A DNA stretch of 64,000 nucleotides from assembly GCA_963668315.1 (NCBI GenBank), contig OY764216.1:1952001-2016000 (forward strand), written 5' to 3'. Each line of letters begins with the position of its first letter. Positions within the stretch are counted from its first letter, which is position 1. Positions 48,146-58,500 of this stretch are shown piece after piece. Made by a program: the position numbers and the translations under genes. The notes beneath the pieces are model-generated. The model made no database searches. It was given only the letters and a program-made list of their open reading frames with translations, and had not been told where the DNA came from. The DNA comes from Spirochaetia bacterium. Its GTDB lineage: Bacteria > Spirochaetota > Spirochaetia > DSM-2461.

Positions 48146-48224
48146 AGTATAAGCCCGGTTTTTTCTGAAATGAATGTTTGTTTTCCGAAAAAACATGGAC
48201 ATATTCTGACAAAAAGCATATATT
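48146..48224. promoter_or_regulatory. Back-to-back sigma70 promoters (both leaderless geometry) of the AraC divergon
   Basis: Minus: TTCATT-17-TATACT (48151-48146)-7 nt-ATG 48138. Plus: TGGACA (48196)-17-TATATT (48219-48224)-6 nt-ATG 48231. Confidence 0.55.
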
Positions 48225-48230
48225 TTGACC

Positions 48231-49058
48231 ATGCCAGAGGAGATCCCCTTTTACAAAACCATCCCCTACCGAAATCTGATTCTCGATCTGTCCATGCCCC
48301 CCTTTCCCCAGGAGAACGGCAGCGACTGGAACATCAGCAACCGGACGATGAACGATTACGACCTTTTCATCTGCGAGGAGGGGAGCGCCCTTTTTTCCAT
48401 GGGGGGCAGGAACTACCGCCTGCATAAGGGGATGGGCCTTCTTGTTCCGCCGGACTGTATGATCAGCGCCCGGAAAACCAGTCTCGAGCCGGTGAAGATG
48501 GTGGCCCAGCATTTCATGCTCTACATGTTTCACCGGACCGATTTCTTCAGCCATATCAAGTACGATCCCCTGGTCACTTTTCCCCGGCAGGAGCTTGTCT
48601 CCGCCGTAACCGGGGATATACGGCGGACGATGGAAACGGCGCCGGAAACCTGGACGCCCCTGGATACAAGTCCTTCCTTCATGCTTATTCTCAAGGAATT
48701 CATCGAAGCGGCCTATCGGGAACAGGATATCAGGGAAGAGAGAAAAAGCCATATTGTCCTTGAGATGATGGGGCAGGTGGAGAGGGAATACCGAAATCCC
48801 CTCCTGCTGGAGAAGCTGATGGACCGCTCCCCCTACGGGTACAGCCATACGGCCAATCTCTTCAAGGAATATACCGGCCGTTCCCTGAAATCCTTTATCA
48901 TAGAGAGGCGGATGGAAGCGGGTAAGGATGCTTTACTGAAGGGCCTGAGCGTGAGTGAGAGCGCCGAAGCGGCGGGATACGAAGACGGTTTTTACTTTTC
49001 CCGGATCTTCAAAAAATATACCGGATCGTCTCCCCGTGATTTCAGGAACAGAATTTAG
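48231..49058 (+). CDS. AraC-family transcriptional regulator (cupin + double HTH)
   Basis: FKEYTGRS...RME.GK..L, GYED.FYFSRIFKKYTG.SP.DFR. Confidence 0.92.
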   Translation: MPEEIPFYKTIPYRNLILDLSMPPFPQENGSDWNISNRTMNDYDLFICEEGSALFSMGGRNYRLHKGMGLLVPPDCMISARKTSLEPVKMVAQHFMLYMFHRTDFFSHIKYDPLVTFPRQELVSAVTGDIRRTMETAPETWTPLDTSPSFMLILKEFIEAAYREQDIREERKSHIVLEMMGQVEREYRNPLLLEKLMDRSPYGYSHTANLFKEYTGRSLKSFIIERRMEAGKDALLKGLSVSESAEAAGYEDGFYFSRIFKKYTGSSPRDFRNRI

Positions 49059-49076
49059 AGAGGTTCTGCCGCCCCT

Positions 49077-51248
49077 TCAGGCCGAGAGGCTTTTCCGGAT
49101 ATATTCGAGCATCTGTTTGGGGGGAAGGGCCGGGGAGAAGTAGTACCCTTGAATCGCATGACAGCCGGCCCTTCTGAGGTAGTGCAGCTCCTCTTCATTC
49201 TCAACCCCTTCGGAGACGATCTTGACTCCGAGGGCCTGCCCGATGGCGATGATGGAGTTGACGACGCCCTTCTTCCTTTTATCGGTGAGAAGATTGTTGA
49301 CAAAGGCTTTATCGATTTTCAGAACGTCTACGGGGAAGTCGGAAAGATAGGCCAGAGAGCTGTATCCCGTCCCGAAATCGTCCAGAGCGACGGAGAAGCC
49401 CACTTCCTTGAGGCGCTGGATATTGCTGAGGATCTGCCCGTGGTTATATATCAGAATCGTTTCGGTCAGTTCCAGTTCCAGCTGGGACGGGGAGATGTTC
49501 CGGCTGACTGTCATGTCAATCAGCTCCTCGATGAAAGCGGGGTCGGCGAAGTTGGAGGGAGAGACATTCAGGGAGACCGGGATGCGGCTCAGTTCCGTCT
49601 TTCTCCATCGGCTTATCTGATTCAGGACGGCATTCAGAACATAGAGGTCTAACTCTTTCATCAGGCCCGTCTCTTCGGCCAGGGAGATAAAGTCTTCGGG
49701 ATTCATATTCCCCAGTTCCGGATCGTTCCATCGAAGCAGTGCTTCCATGCCGGTTATCCTGTATTGCCACGAATCATGCTGGGGCTGGTAGAAGATCTCC
49801 AGCTGTTCCTTTTTCAGGGCCTGTTCAAGCCGGGATTCCAACCGCTCTTTCTCCATCTGGAATATATCCATGTTTCTCCCGAATCCGCAGGGGCAGCAGA
49901 GACCTTTCCTTCTGGCGTGATCTATTGAGGCAAAGAGCTGGTTGAGCAGGGTTTCCTGGGAGACGCTTCCGTCGGAGAAAACGGTATACCCGACGCTCAT
50001 GCGGGGGATATACTCTTCCTTCGCCTCTCTGCTGTTACCATAGACGGAGAGGGGCCTTCTCAATTCTCTGAACAGCCCGTCGCTTATGCTCTCGGCCGAT
50101 TCCCCCTGCAGGGGAAGAATGAGGAGAAAACGGTCATCGGAATAGCGGCAGGCCCAGTCCTCATCGCCGCAGAAATCCTTTATCCTGTCGGCAAGATTCT
50201 GAAGAATATTGCTCTGCTGTTCCAGTCCGTAGCGGAGGAGCGTCTTCTTGTAATCCTCCCATTCGGTCATGATAAGGCAGAGTTCTGATTTATCCTGACA
50301 GATTTCGGACATTTTCTTCGAAAGGACCGCGTTTAACTGGGACCGGTTTGCCAGGCCCGTCATCTTGTCGTAGCTGTTCATGAAATGGATTAATGCGGAT
50401 TGGTCCTGGATTCGGTGGAGAGAATCCTTAAGCCTTAGATTCAGCCGGGCGTAGTCTCTGTTGAGTTCCTTGATGCGGTTGAAGCTGTTCAGGGTCAGAT
50501 GGGTGTGGTAGATGATCTGCTGCATGATAAGAACGATAAGGGCAAGCTTGAGAAATATGCCGCATCCCAGGGATGTGGGCAGGAAGGCCGGGGCGTAAAG
50601 GGTCAGAAGAATCAGTATCAGGCCGGGGAAAAAGCCCAGCGGATGGATGGCGCGCCGTTTTATTTTATGGACGACCTGCACGATGACGAAGGAGAAGCAG
50701 AGGAAGACTTCCGGCATCAGGATTATCTTCTGAATAGAGAGCATCGACTCCGGAGAGACAAGAATGAAAAGGATGTTTGCTTCAAGAAGGAGGGTCATCG
50801 TCTTTGTTATTCGGGGAAGACAGGGACTTCCCCTGTAGTGGCTGTAGAATAGAATGAAGCCGATAAAGGACATGTTCAGGGCGGAGATTCTCAGCTTCTG
50901 ATTGAGGGGAATGTCGCTGAAGCGGGGACAGAGGGCCTGAAAGAAAGGGCTTGTCAGCAGGAGAAGGAGGAATAGCCCCCCGTTCATAAGGGCGAAATAG
51001 AGGTATTCCTTGCGCTTCTTTCCCATAAAATACATGGCCGTATAAATGATAATGGCCGAAAGAAGTATTCCCAGAAAAATATGATCCCCAATCAGGTTAA
51101 GCTGCCCGAGAGGGGAGAGGTCGGTCAGTGCGGTCGTTTCCGTGAGCACCGTATCGGTATAAAATCTCTCGATGAACCCGTGGCTGTTCCCCTTATAGAA
51201 ACCCAAAGCCAATGAGAACAGTAATAAAAGAAGATTTACATTTGCCAT
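49077..51248 (-). CDS. Membrane c-di-GMP phosphodiesterase (7TM-DISM-like + degenerate GGDEF + EAL)
   Basis: Multiple TM helices (EYLYFAL); D.MTGL.NR then SDDRF instead of GGDEF; MEALLRW, LELTE, DDFGTGYSS, EGVE, QGY. Confidence 0.88.
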   Translation of the reverse strand: MANVNLLLLLFSLALGFYKGNSHGFIERFYTDTVLTETTALTDLSPLGQLNLIGDHIFLGILLSAIIIYTAMYFMGKKRKEYLYFALMNGGLFLLLLLTSPFFQALCPRFSDIPLNQKLRISALNMSFIGFILFYSHYRGSPCLPRITKTMTLLLEANILFILVSPESMLSIQKIILMPEVFLCFSFVIVQVVHKIKRRAIHPLGFFPGLILILLTLYAPAFLPTSLGCGIFLKLALIVLIMQQIIYHTHLTLNSFNRIKELNRDYARLNLRLKDSLHRIQDQSALIHFMNSYDKMTGLANRSQLNAVLSKKMSEICQDKSELCLIMTEWEDYKKTLLRYGLEQQSNILQNLADRIKDFCGDEDWACRYSDDRFLLILPLQGESAESISDGLFRELRRPLSVYGNSREAKEEYIPRMSVGYTVFSDGSVSQETLLNQLFASIDHARRKGLCCPCGFGRNMDIFQMEKERLESRLEQALKKEQLEIFYQPQHDSWQYRITGMEALLRWNDPELGNMNPEDFISLAEETGLMKELDLYVLNAVLNQISRWRKTELSRIPVSLNVSPSNFADPAFIEELIDMTVSRNISPSQLELELTETILIYNHGQILSNIQRLKEVGFSVALDDFGTGYSSLAYLSDFPVDVLKIDKAFVNNLLTDKRKKGVVNSIIAIGQALGVKIVSEGVENEEELHYLRRAGCHAIQGYYFSPALPPKQMLEYIRKSLSA

Positions 51249-51322
51249 GAGGCCCTATCCCCGATCATCATTATGGTTCACGATTATAAAGCCATCTTTG
51301 TCAGAATTCAAACACTTTTTTT

Positions 51323-51345
51323 CCGGGGAGATGTTTTCTCCCCGG
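51323..51345. repeat. 9-bp perfect hairpin downstream of pepF
   Basis: CCGGGGAGA-TGTTT-TCTCCCCGG; no U-tract on the pepF strand. Confidence 0.5.
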
Positions 51346-51352
51346 TGCTGTC

Positions 51353-53155
51353 TCAGAGCAGTTTTCGAAAGTCCTCCACCAGGCGGGTAAAGTGCTTGAG
51401 CGCTTCCTCTACCGGTTCCGGACGGGACATATCCACTCCGGCGACTTTGAGTGATTCTATGGGGAACCGGCTTCCTCCGGATTTGAGAAAGCTCAGATAA
51501 TCCTCCCTTTCCCTGTCTCCCCCCTCAAGCACACGGCGGGAAAGGGCGACGGCGGCGGAGAGTCCTGTGGCATATTTATAGACATAGAAGGCGTTATAGA
51601 AATGGGGAATACGCAGTCCCTCCAGATCGCTCTCCGGCTCCAGGGTCATGGCGGGGCCGAAGTAGGCCTCCAGGAGTTTTCTGTATTCGCCCCTGAGGGA
51701 ATCCACCGTAAGGGGCTGTCCCGCCTCTACCATTTTGTGGGTGATGTCCTCGTATTCGGCGAACATGGTCTGCCGGAATATGGTGGCCACCGTATCGTCT
51801 ATCTGCTTTCCGATAAGGTAGGCTTTCATCTCTCTGGTCTCGGCCCTGTTTTTCAGCATCCAGTCCGCCAGGAGCTGTTCGTTGAACGTGGAGGCTACTT
51901 CCGCTTCGAAGATGGTGTAGTTGTAGTGCTGGAAGGGGTTGTTCCTGATCGAGTACCAGGAGTGCATGGAGTGCCCCCCCTCATGGGCCAGGGTAAAAAG
52001 ATGGCGGATATCGTCGTCCTTGTAATTCATAAGGATATAGGGCTTTCCCGGATAGGAACCGGCGGAGAAGGCTCCGGAGCGCTTCCCCTCATTCTCGTAA
52101 CGGTCCACCCAGTCTCCCAGAAGCCCCTCTCTCAGGGTCGATGTATACTCCTCTCCCAGGGGAGCGAGAGCCTGCGTTATCAATTCCACCGCCTCCTCGT
52201 AGGTATGGGTGGATTTCACATCTTTGACAAGGGAGGTATACACATCGTAATGACGGAGCGTATCCACGCCCAGCTTCTCCTTTTTCAGGGCGTAGTAGTC
52301 GTGAAGGGCGGGGAAGAACTGGTGAACCGAACTGACAAGGCTGTCGTAGACTTCACCGGGGACTTTATCGGGGTAGAGGGCTTTTTCCCGGGCGCTGCCG
52401 TAACCCCGTACGCGGGCATTGAACACGTCTTTCTGAACGCTGCCGCCGTAAAGCTCCGACAGGGTGTGGGCGTGTCCCTCGAATACGGCGTAGAACTGCT
52501 TGTAGCCCTTCTCCCGAACCTTCCTGTCCTGGTCGGTCATGACCATGCCGTAGGTCGTATTGGTAAGGGGGACCGTGCCGCTGCTGGTTTCCACCTCGCC
52601 GAATTTCATATCCACGTTGGTCAGGGCCGAGAAGGCTTTCTGAGCCGTCTGGGTGAACTCCGCCTGCTGGGCAAGAAGGGCTTCCTCCTTTTCCGAAAGG
52701 GTATAGTCCTTGAAACGGAGCAGTTTGTTCAGGTATATGGTGTATTCACCGAGGACGGGATCGGCCAGAAAGGATTTCATTTTCCCGTCGTCTATGGCCT
52801 GAATCTCGGGGGAGATCCAGCTTGCCTGGGCGGCCAGCTTGGTGGCCGCCGATACGTAGCGGCTGAACCGTCCCTGGGATTCGCTGTTTCCCACGTTCTC
52901 TTCCCGGCGCAGCATGGTGTAGTAGCCCAGCCGTTCATCCAGGAGATCCACCGTTTGAATGGTCAGATCAAGACAGGCTTTCAGCTGTTCCGCCGAATCG
53001 GACAGGGTTCCTTTGAAAAGGTTTATCTCCGGTATGTATCCTTCCAGTTTTTTCAGATCCTCTTCCCATGCTTCGGGTGTGGTATAGAGGGCGGATAGAT
53101 TCCATTTATGCTCTTCCGGTATGTCTTCCCTTTGGGGGATTGCCGCTGATGCCAT
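51353..53155 (-). CDS. pepF: Oligoendopeptidase F (M3B)
   Basis: GKRSGAFS, TLAHEGGHSMHS (HExxH), AEVAS..NE, RIPHFY..FYVYKYATG. Confidence 0.95.
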   Translation of the reverse strand: MASAAIPQREDIPEEHKWNLSALYTTPEAWEEDLKKLEGYIPEINLFKGTLSDSAEQLKACLDLTIQTVDLLDERLGYYTMLRREENVGNSESQGRFSRYVSAATKLAAQASWISPEIQAIDDGKMKSFLADPVLGEYTIYLNKLLRFKDYTLSEKEEALLAQQAEFTQTAQKAFSALTNVDMKFGEVETSSGTVPLTNTTYGMVMTDQDRKVREKGYKQFYAVFEGHAHTLSELYGGSVQKDVFNARVRGYGSAREKALYPDKVPGEVYDSLVSSVHQFFPALHDYYALKKEKLGVDTLRHYDVYTSLVKDVKSTHTYEEAVELITQALAPLGEEYTSTLREGLLGDWVDRYENEGKRSGAFSAGSYPGKPYILMNYKDDDIRHLFTLAHEGGHSMHSWYSIRNNPFQHYNYTIFEAEVASTFNEQLLADWMLKNRAETREMKAYLIGKQIDDTVATIFRQTMFAEYEDITHKMVEAGQPLTVDSLRGEYRKLLEAYFGPAMTLEPESDLEGLRIPHFYNAFYVYKYATGLSAAVALSRRVLEGGDREREDYLSFLKSGGSRFPIESLKVAGVDMSRPEPVEEALKHFTRLVEDFRKLL

Positions 53156-53294
53156 GTCGTTCTCCTCATCTTTTTGCGTTTATGTTACTGTAATTTATCA
53201 ATTTTTCCCCCCGGGGGCAACTTTTCCCGAAAAAATGCCCCATTTTTCCCTCTTTCGTTTACACTGAAGGGGTAATTAAGACAAAGGAGACTAA

Positions 53295-54038
53295 ATGGAT
53301 ACTATCGGAATAATAGGAGCCATGGACGAAGAAATAGAATATCTCAGGAATCTGTACGGCGCCGATGATTCTTTTGAGAGGGGTGGCTGTGTTTTCCACA
53401 TAGGAAAGCAGGGCAGATTCCGCATTGTGATTCTGAAGAGCGGCATCGGCAAGGTTAACGCCGCCATTGGCACGACCCTTCTCATCTCCCGGTACGATCC
53501 CATGTGCGTGATCAATACCGGTTCCGCCGGCGCCGTGGACAAAGATCTGAACGTGGGCGATGTCATCATATCCAACGAAACCAAGCATCACGATGTGGAC
53601 GTGACTTCCTTCGGCTATGCCCTGGGTCAGGTCCCCCAGATGCCCGACGCCTTCCTCCCCCACGAAGTTCTGGTGGAAATGGCCACCGACACGGCTGCGG
53701 ATATGGGCCATTTGTGCGTCAGGAAGGGAGGGGTGATCACCGGAGACAGTTTTATCAACGACAGCGGCAAGATCGACACTCTCAGAAAGAATTTTCCCAC
53801 CGCCGCAGCGGCGGAAATGGAAGCCGCCGCCATTGCCCAGACATGCCATCAGTTCAAGAAACCCTGCGTCATCATACGATCCATCTCCGATAAGGCCGAC
53901 GGCAACGCCTCGGTCTCCTTTGAGGAGTTCCTCGAAACGGCGGCGGAGAATTCCGCCCAGATGGTATGCGGCATCGTTTCCCGCCTGGAACAGTATGTCC
54001 CCGACAAGGAGAAGAGCCGCCAGTCCTCTCTGTTCTGA
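53295..54038 (+). CDS. mtnN: 5'-methylthioadenosine/S-adenosylhomocysteine nucleosidase (Pfs)
   Basis: IGAM.EE, SGIGKVNAA, NTGSAG, GDSF, EMEAAA, RSISD.A. Confidence 0.95.
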   Translation: MDTIGIIGAMDEEIEYLRNLYGADDSFERGGCVFHIGKQGRFRIVILKSGIGKVNAAIGTTLLISRYDPMCVINTGSAGAVDKDLNVGDVIISNETKHHDVDVTSFGYALGQVPQMPDAFLPHEVLVEMATDTAADMGHLCVRKGGVITGDSFINDSGKIDTLRKNFPTAAAAEMEAAAIAQTCHQFKKPCVIIRSISDKADGNASVSFEEFLETAAENSAQMVCGIVSRLEQYVPDKEKSRQSSLF

Positions 54039-54040
54039 GG

Positions 54041-55402
54041 TCAGGAGCCGGAGCGGAGGAAGATGATTTTGATTGTCCTCAGAATGATGGTGATATCAAG
54101 AAGAGGGGTATAGTGGAAGACATACCATAAATCGTATTTTATCTTCTCCTCCGCATCGGTGTAGTAATCCCCGTGCACCTGGGCAAGTCCGGTGATGCCC
54201 GGGAGAATGGAAAACCGTTCCTTATACCAGAGGTTCGTATCCAGCCCCTCTTCTACTTCCCTTTCCACCAGGGGGCGGGGGCCGATGAAGGACATATCCC
54301 CCTTGATAATATTGAAGAGCTGGGGCAGCTCATCCAGCCGCGTCTTTCTGAGAATCCGGCCGAGGGGGGTGATTCTTTTATCCTCCTTACCCTGGGCCTG
54401 GTAGACTTTTTTCTCGAACTCTCTGTACATGGTCCGGAATTTATAGATGGTGAAAAGCTCCTGGTTCCTGCCTACGCGGCTCTGGCGGAAAACGGCCGGC
54501 CCTAGGGACGTGGCAACCACGAGCAGGGCGATCAAGCCCATGAGAGGAAGAAGGAGGACGGTGAGGATCAGAGAGGCGATCACATCGATTCCCCTTTTCA
54601 GAAAGAAAAGATTCTGGGTCGATTTGTTGATGCGTATCAGGGGAATATCCCCTATGCGGATATACTGGGGCGCGGCGAGTAGAATCTCGTAGTTGGAAGG
54701 CGTGGCGTAAAGACGGGTGTTCGCATAGACGGAGTACTGAATGTTTCGGAGGATAAGCTCCTTCTCTTCGCTGCTGTCCGAAGCGATGAACAGGGAGCTG
54801 ATCTCCCTCTCCCTGATGATCTTGTTGATCTCCCTATAGCTTCCCAGAACGGGATAACTGCTGCGGGTTTCTCTCTCTCCGTCGGGAGTTATCAGGCCTT
54901 CCACAAGAATCTTGAAGGTTTTGAACTGTCCGATGGCATCGAAAAATTTCTGGTTTTTCCGGGGATCACCGGCGATGATGACACGGAAATCGATCTTTTT
55001 CAGCTGGCCGATTCTCCATGACTTATAGATAAGGAGTAGGAGTGTGTTGAGAATCAGATGGATGATAATGAGCGACCGGGGAATGGTTTTCACTTTGAAA
55101 AAATAGAAAATCATCAGCATCCAGAAAAAAACAACCGCCATGGCAAGAAGGGCGCGAAAGAAAATCTGCGTTCTGGAAATATTGATGTGTTCTTCATAAA
55201 TCCCCGTTACATAGAGCGAAATGATATAAGGGGGGAGGGCGCTTAGTATGACGATAAGCTGTGGCAGGGAGAAACTGTAGTCCAGAGTCCTGGTGAAAAT
55301 CAGAAGAGGGGATAGGGCGCGCAGGTTAATGGTGACATACAGGGAAAGTAAAAACAGGCAGATATCGATTAAAACGTTGGGTATCCGGCGGATATGCTTC
55401 AT
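54041..55402 (-). CDS. Polyprenyl-phosphate glycosylphosphotransferase (WcaJ/WbaP-like priming sugar transferase)
   Basis: 4 N-terminal TM, CoA-binding-like domain, KR.ID, F...KFRTM, RLDELPQ, GPRP, PGITGLAQV. Confidence 0.92.
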   Translation of the reverse strand: MKHIRRIPNVLIDICLFLLSLYVTINLRALSPLLIFTRTLDYSFSLPQLIVILSALPPYIISLYVTGIYEEHINISRTQIFFRALLAMAVVFFWMLMIFYFFKVKTIPRSLIIIHLILNTLLLLIYKSWRIGQLKKIDFRVIIAGDPRKNQKFFDAIGQFKTFKILVEGLITPDGERETRSSYPVLGSYREINKIIREREISSLFIASDSSEEKELILRNIQYSVYANTRLYATPSNYEILLAAPQYIRIGDIPLIRINKSTQNLFFLKRGIDVIASLILTVLLLPLMGLIALLVVATSLGPAVFRQSRVGRNQELFTIYKFRTMYREFEKKVYQAQGKEDKRITPLGRILRKTRLDELPQLFNIIKGDMSFIGPRPLVEREVEEGLDTNLWYKERFSILPGITGLAQVHGDYYTDAEEKIKYDLWYVFHYTPLLDITIILRTIKIIFLRSGS

Positions 55403-55408
55403 CCCCTC

Positions 55409-55500
55409 ATTATTTAAGATACAAAGGGACTTGTCAATCAAAATCATCCTCTGCAAATTCCCCGCATTTCCCTGACAGGGGAGGGGAACTCGTGTATATT
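55409..55500. promoter_or_regulatory. Back-to-back sigma70 promoters (both leaderless geometry)
   Basis: Minus: TTGACA (55437-55432)-17-AATAAT-6 nt-ATG 55402. Plus: CTGACA (55472)-17-TATATT (55495-55500)-7 nt-ATG 55508. Confidence 0.55.
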
Positions 55501-55507
55501 GTTTCCT

Positions 55508-58500
55508 ATGAACAAGTGGATGATCGGAATTATTGTCTGTTTCGTCCTTCTCGGATGCAGCCGGGAAGAGTCACGTCTTACCGGAGAAGCGGTTGATGCC
55601 TATGAGCAGCTCTCCCTGTCCGGACCTGCCCCGAGCTGGGGAGAAGACGATCCTTTTTCCCTTTCGGTGAACTATTTCTCCTCCGCACCCGGGGGAAGAG
55701 ACGGGGAAGGGGTATACGAATCGGACGAACCTATGGAGGTGGCCGACCGGGGGCCGGAAGGAGCTCTTCCCGAAGAGAACGGCCGTCCCGTTATTTACGC
55801 CGCCCTGACACAGCCGGCGGTGCCCCTGAGTCGTCTGGGCGCCGTGCTCACCGATTATCCCTATCTGGAAATTGACCCGCCCGCGGAAGGCGTCTACCGC
55901 TGGTACGGCTCGCGGCTCATCAGTTTTGAACCGTCGGAAAAACTCCTGAGCGAACAGGAGTACCGTGTGACGGTTAAGAAGGGCCTCCCCTCCCTGGGGG
56001 GGAAAACCCTCTCCCGGGATGTGACCTTCTCCTTTTTTACCGAACCTCTGGGCGTAACGGCCTTCTATCCCGGTACGCCCGGGGATCCCTGGCAGGGCGA
56101 TCTGGAGGAGATTCCCCCGGAAGCGGCCCGGAGAATCACCGTCTGCTTCAACCATGATATCGACCCCGAAGTGGTGACGTCCTACCTCAAGGTCAGTTCC
56201 CGCCTGGGAGACCATGGCTACACGGCTTCCCGGCCGGAGGGAGAGGACCTTCCCCCCTCCTTTATAAACCGCACCCTGGTCCTGACCCTGGATGAGCTTC
56301 CCGAAACGGGGGACCGGGTCATCCTCTCCCTGCCGGAAGGCTCCCGATCACGTGAGGGGGGTACGGGCCTTGGCGAGGAGATAAGCCGGTCCTTTACCAC
56401 CCTTTCCCCCTTCCGCTATGTCGAGTCCGACGACTACAACTGGCGTTTTCCCCGGGAAGGGGACGGCGATGTTCATCCGGTTTACCTGGAATTTTCCCAT
56501 CCCGTTGATCCGGAGAGCGTCCTCGATAATCTGGATGTCTCCCTGGAGGTGGAGGATCTTGCTCCCCATATCATGGTCTGGGACAAGTACGTCCGCCTGA
56601 ACAGCCTTCCCATTGAGTACGATTCTACCTATGAGATAACCCTGAAAGAGGGGCTTCGGGATATCTACGGCCGTGATCTGGGCGGTCCCCGAAGGCTGAC
56701 CGTTGAGACGGGACCGGCCGGCAGTTACTACTATCTGCCCCATCAGGGCTTCCGTTTTCTGGAATCCCGGTTTGATCCCCGGGTCGTTCTGGAATACCAG
56801 AACCTTAAAGGGGGAAAGTGGAAGGCCGAGAGGACCGATGATCCCTATAGGGCCATTCCCGAAGAGCGGGTGGACTGGGCCTTTGATCTCTCCGCTCAGG
56901 AACGGAACCGGCGGGAATTTTCCATGGTAGACCTGAAGCCCTATCTTAATGCTGATGGCAAGGGCTTCGTGGCCCTGGCCTGGCTGCTGGAGGAGCAGAA
57001 CCGCCGCTGGGGCCCCTACCAGAATAATCTGGTCCTTCAGGTTACCGATCTGGGCGTGACCATGCGCTATGCCTACAACAAAGTGATTGTCTGGGTTAAT
57101 TCCCTGACGGACGATTCTCCGGCGGCGGGAGCGGAAGTACGGCTGTGCTACGATACCCGCACCGTGCTGACGGGAGAGACCGACGGGGAGGGAATGGCCG
57201 TTTTTGACCTGGTGGAGGGGCAGTTCGTCGACTCCTTCTATGACAGCCGGGGACAGAGCCATTTCCGCGCCGACGTGACCTACGCCTCGGACAGGGCCGT
57301 CTTCGTTCCCAACGAAAGCCACAGTCCCTATCAGTTCGGCCTCTGGAACCTGTACTCGGTCAACCGTGTGGAGGAACCTCGCCCCTTTACCTTCCTCTTC
57401 TGCGACCGGGGTCTCTACAAGCCGGGGGAGACGGTTACGTTCAAGGGGATCGACCGGAATCTGGTACTGGGCAGGTGGGAACCCTATACCGGCTCCTATC
57501 AGCTGACCGTCAGGGAGAACAAATGGCGCAGCCAGAGCGTTGTCAGTTCCGGAGGGACGGCGGGAGAGAGGGGATCCTTTCACGGATCATTCACGATTCC
57601 CGAAGATCTTCCCACGGGGGATTACCTCATGGAATACACCCGCCAGTCCGGTTCCGGGAGCGGATATGTGATCAGAAGCATTCCCCTCAAGGTGGAAGAG
57701 TTCCGCAGGGCCGGCTTTCAGGTCGGGGTGGAACCTCCCCTGGCCGAAGCCCTTCCCGGGGAGAAAATCACCTTTCCCGTGACCGCCTCCTATCTGTCGG
57801 GAGGCGCCCTGGCAGGGGCGTCCTACCGGGCGGACTGGACCCGGGAGCCGATCAATTTCGATCCGGGAGAAGGGGATGGCAAGGAAGATTTCGACGGCTA
57901 TGTTTTCGGACCGCGTGGATGGGAGAACGACAGCTATCTCGGTTCATCCGAAGGGTATCTGGATTCGAGCGGACAGGCCCTGCTGAGCCGGACCCTGGAG
58001 AAGGATAACGAATCGGGGCGGACCTATATCTATCGGGTGGAAGCCCTTGTGGAAGACCCCTCCCGCCAGGAGATTGCCGGAAGGGGATTCACCGTTGTCC
58101 ACCCCGCTTCCTGGTACATCGGATCCCGCGTGAAGAACAGCAGGAACTCCTGGTGGACCCGTTTTGTCGCTTCGGGGGAATCATCCACGGCGGATTTCAT
58201 TCTGGTGACGCCCGAAGGGAAAGTCCTCTCAAACGGAACGGAACTGAGCGTCACCCTGGTGAGGAAGGAGTGGAAGGTCGCCCGGCAGCGGAGTATTTCC
58301 GGAAGGATCAGCAACAACTGGGAGCTGGAGACGGTTCCCGTTCTGGAAGATAAAATCACCATGGAAGGGGGAAAGGCCTCGTGGGGTTTTATCCCCGACA
58401 GGGCGGGATATTACGTCCTATCCGCACGGGCCGTGGATGATCAGGGCCGGACGGCCCTTACCGAGATGGACCTGTACGCTTCCGGATCGGAGTGGGTGAA

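Noticed and set aside
48201..48229. ATATTYTGAC direct repeat as an AraC operator
   Set aside because: 19-bp period rather than the usual ~21 bp, and it overlaps promoter hexamers that already explain part of the similarity; too weak to call
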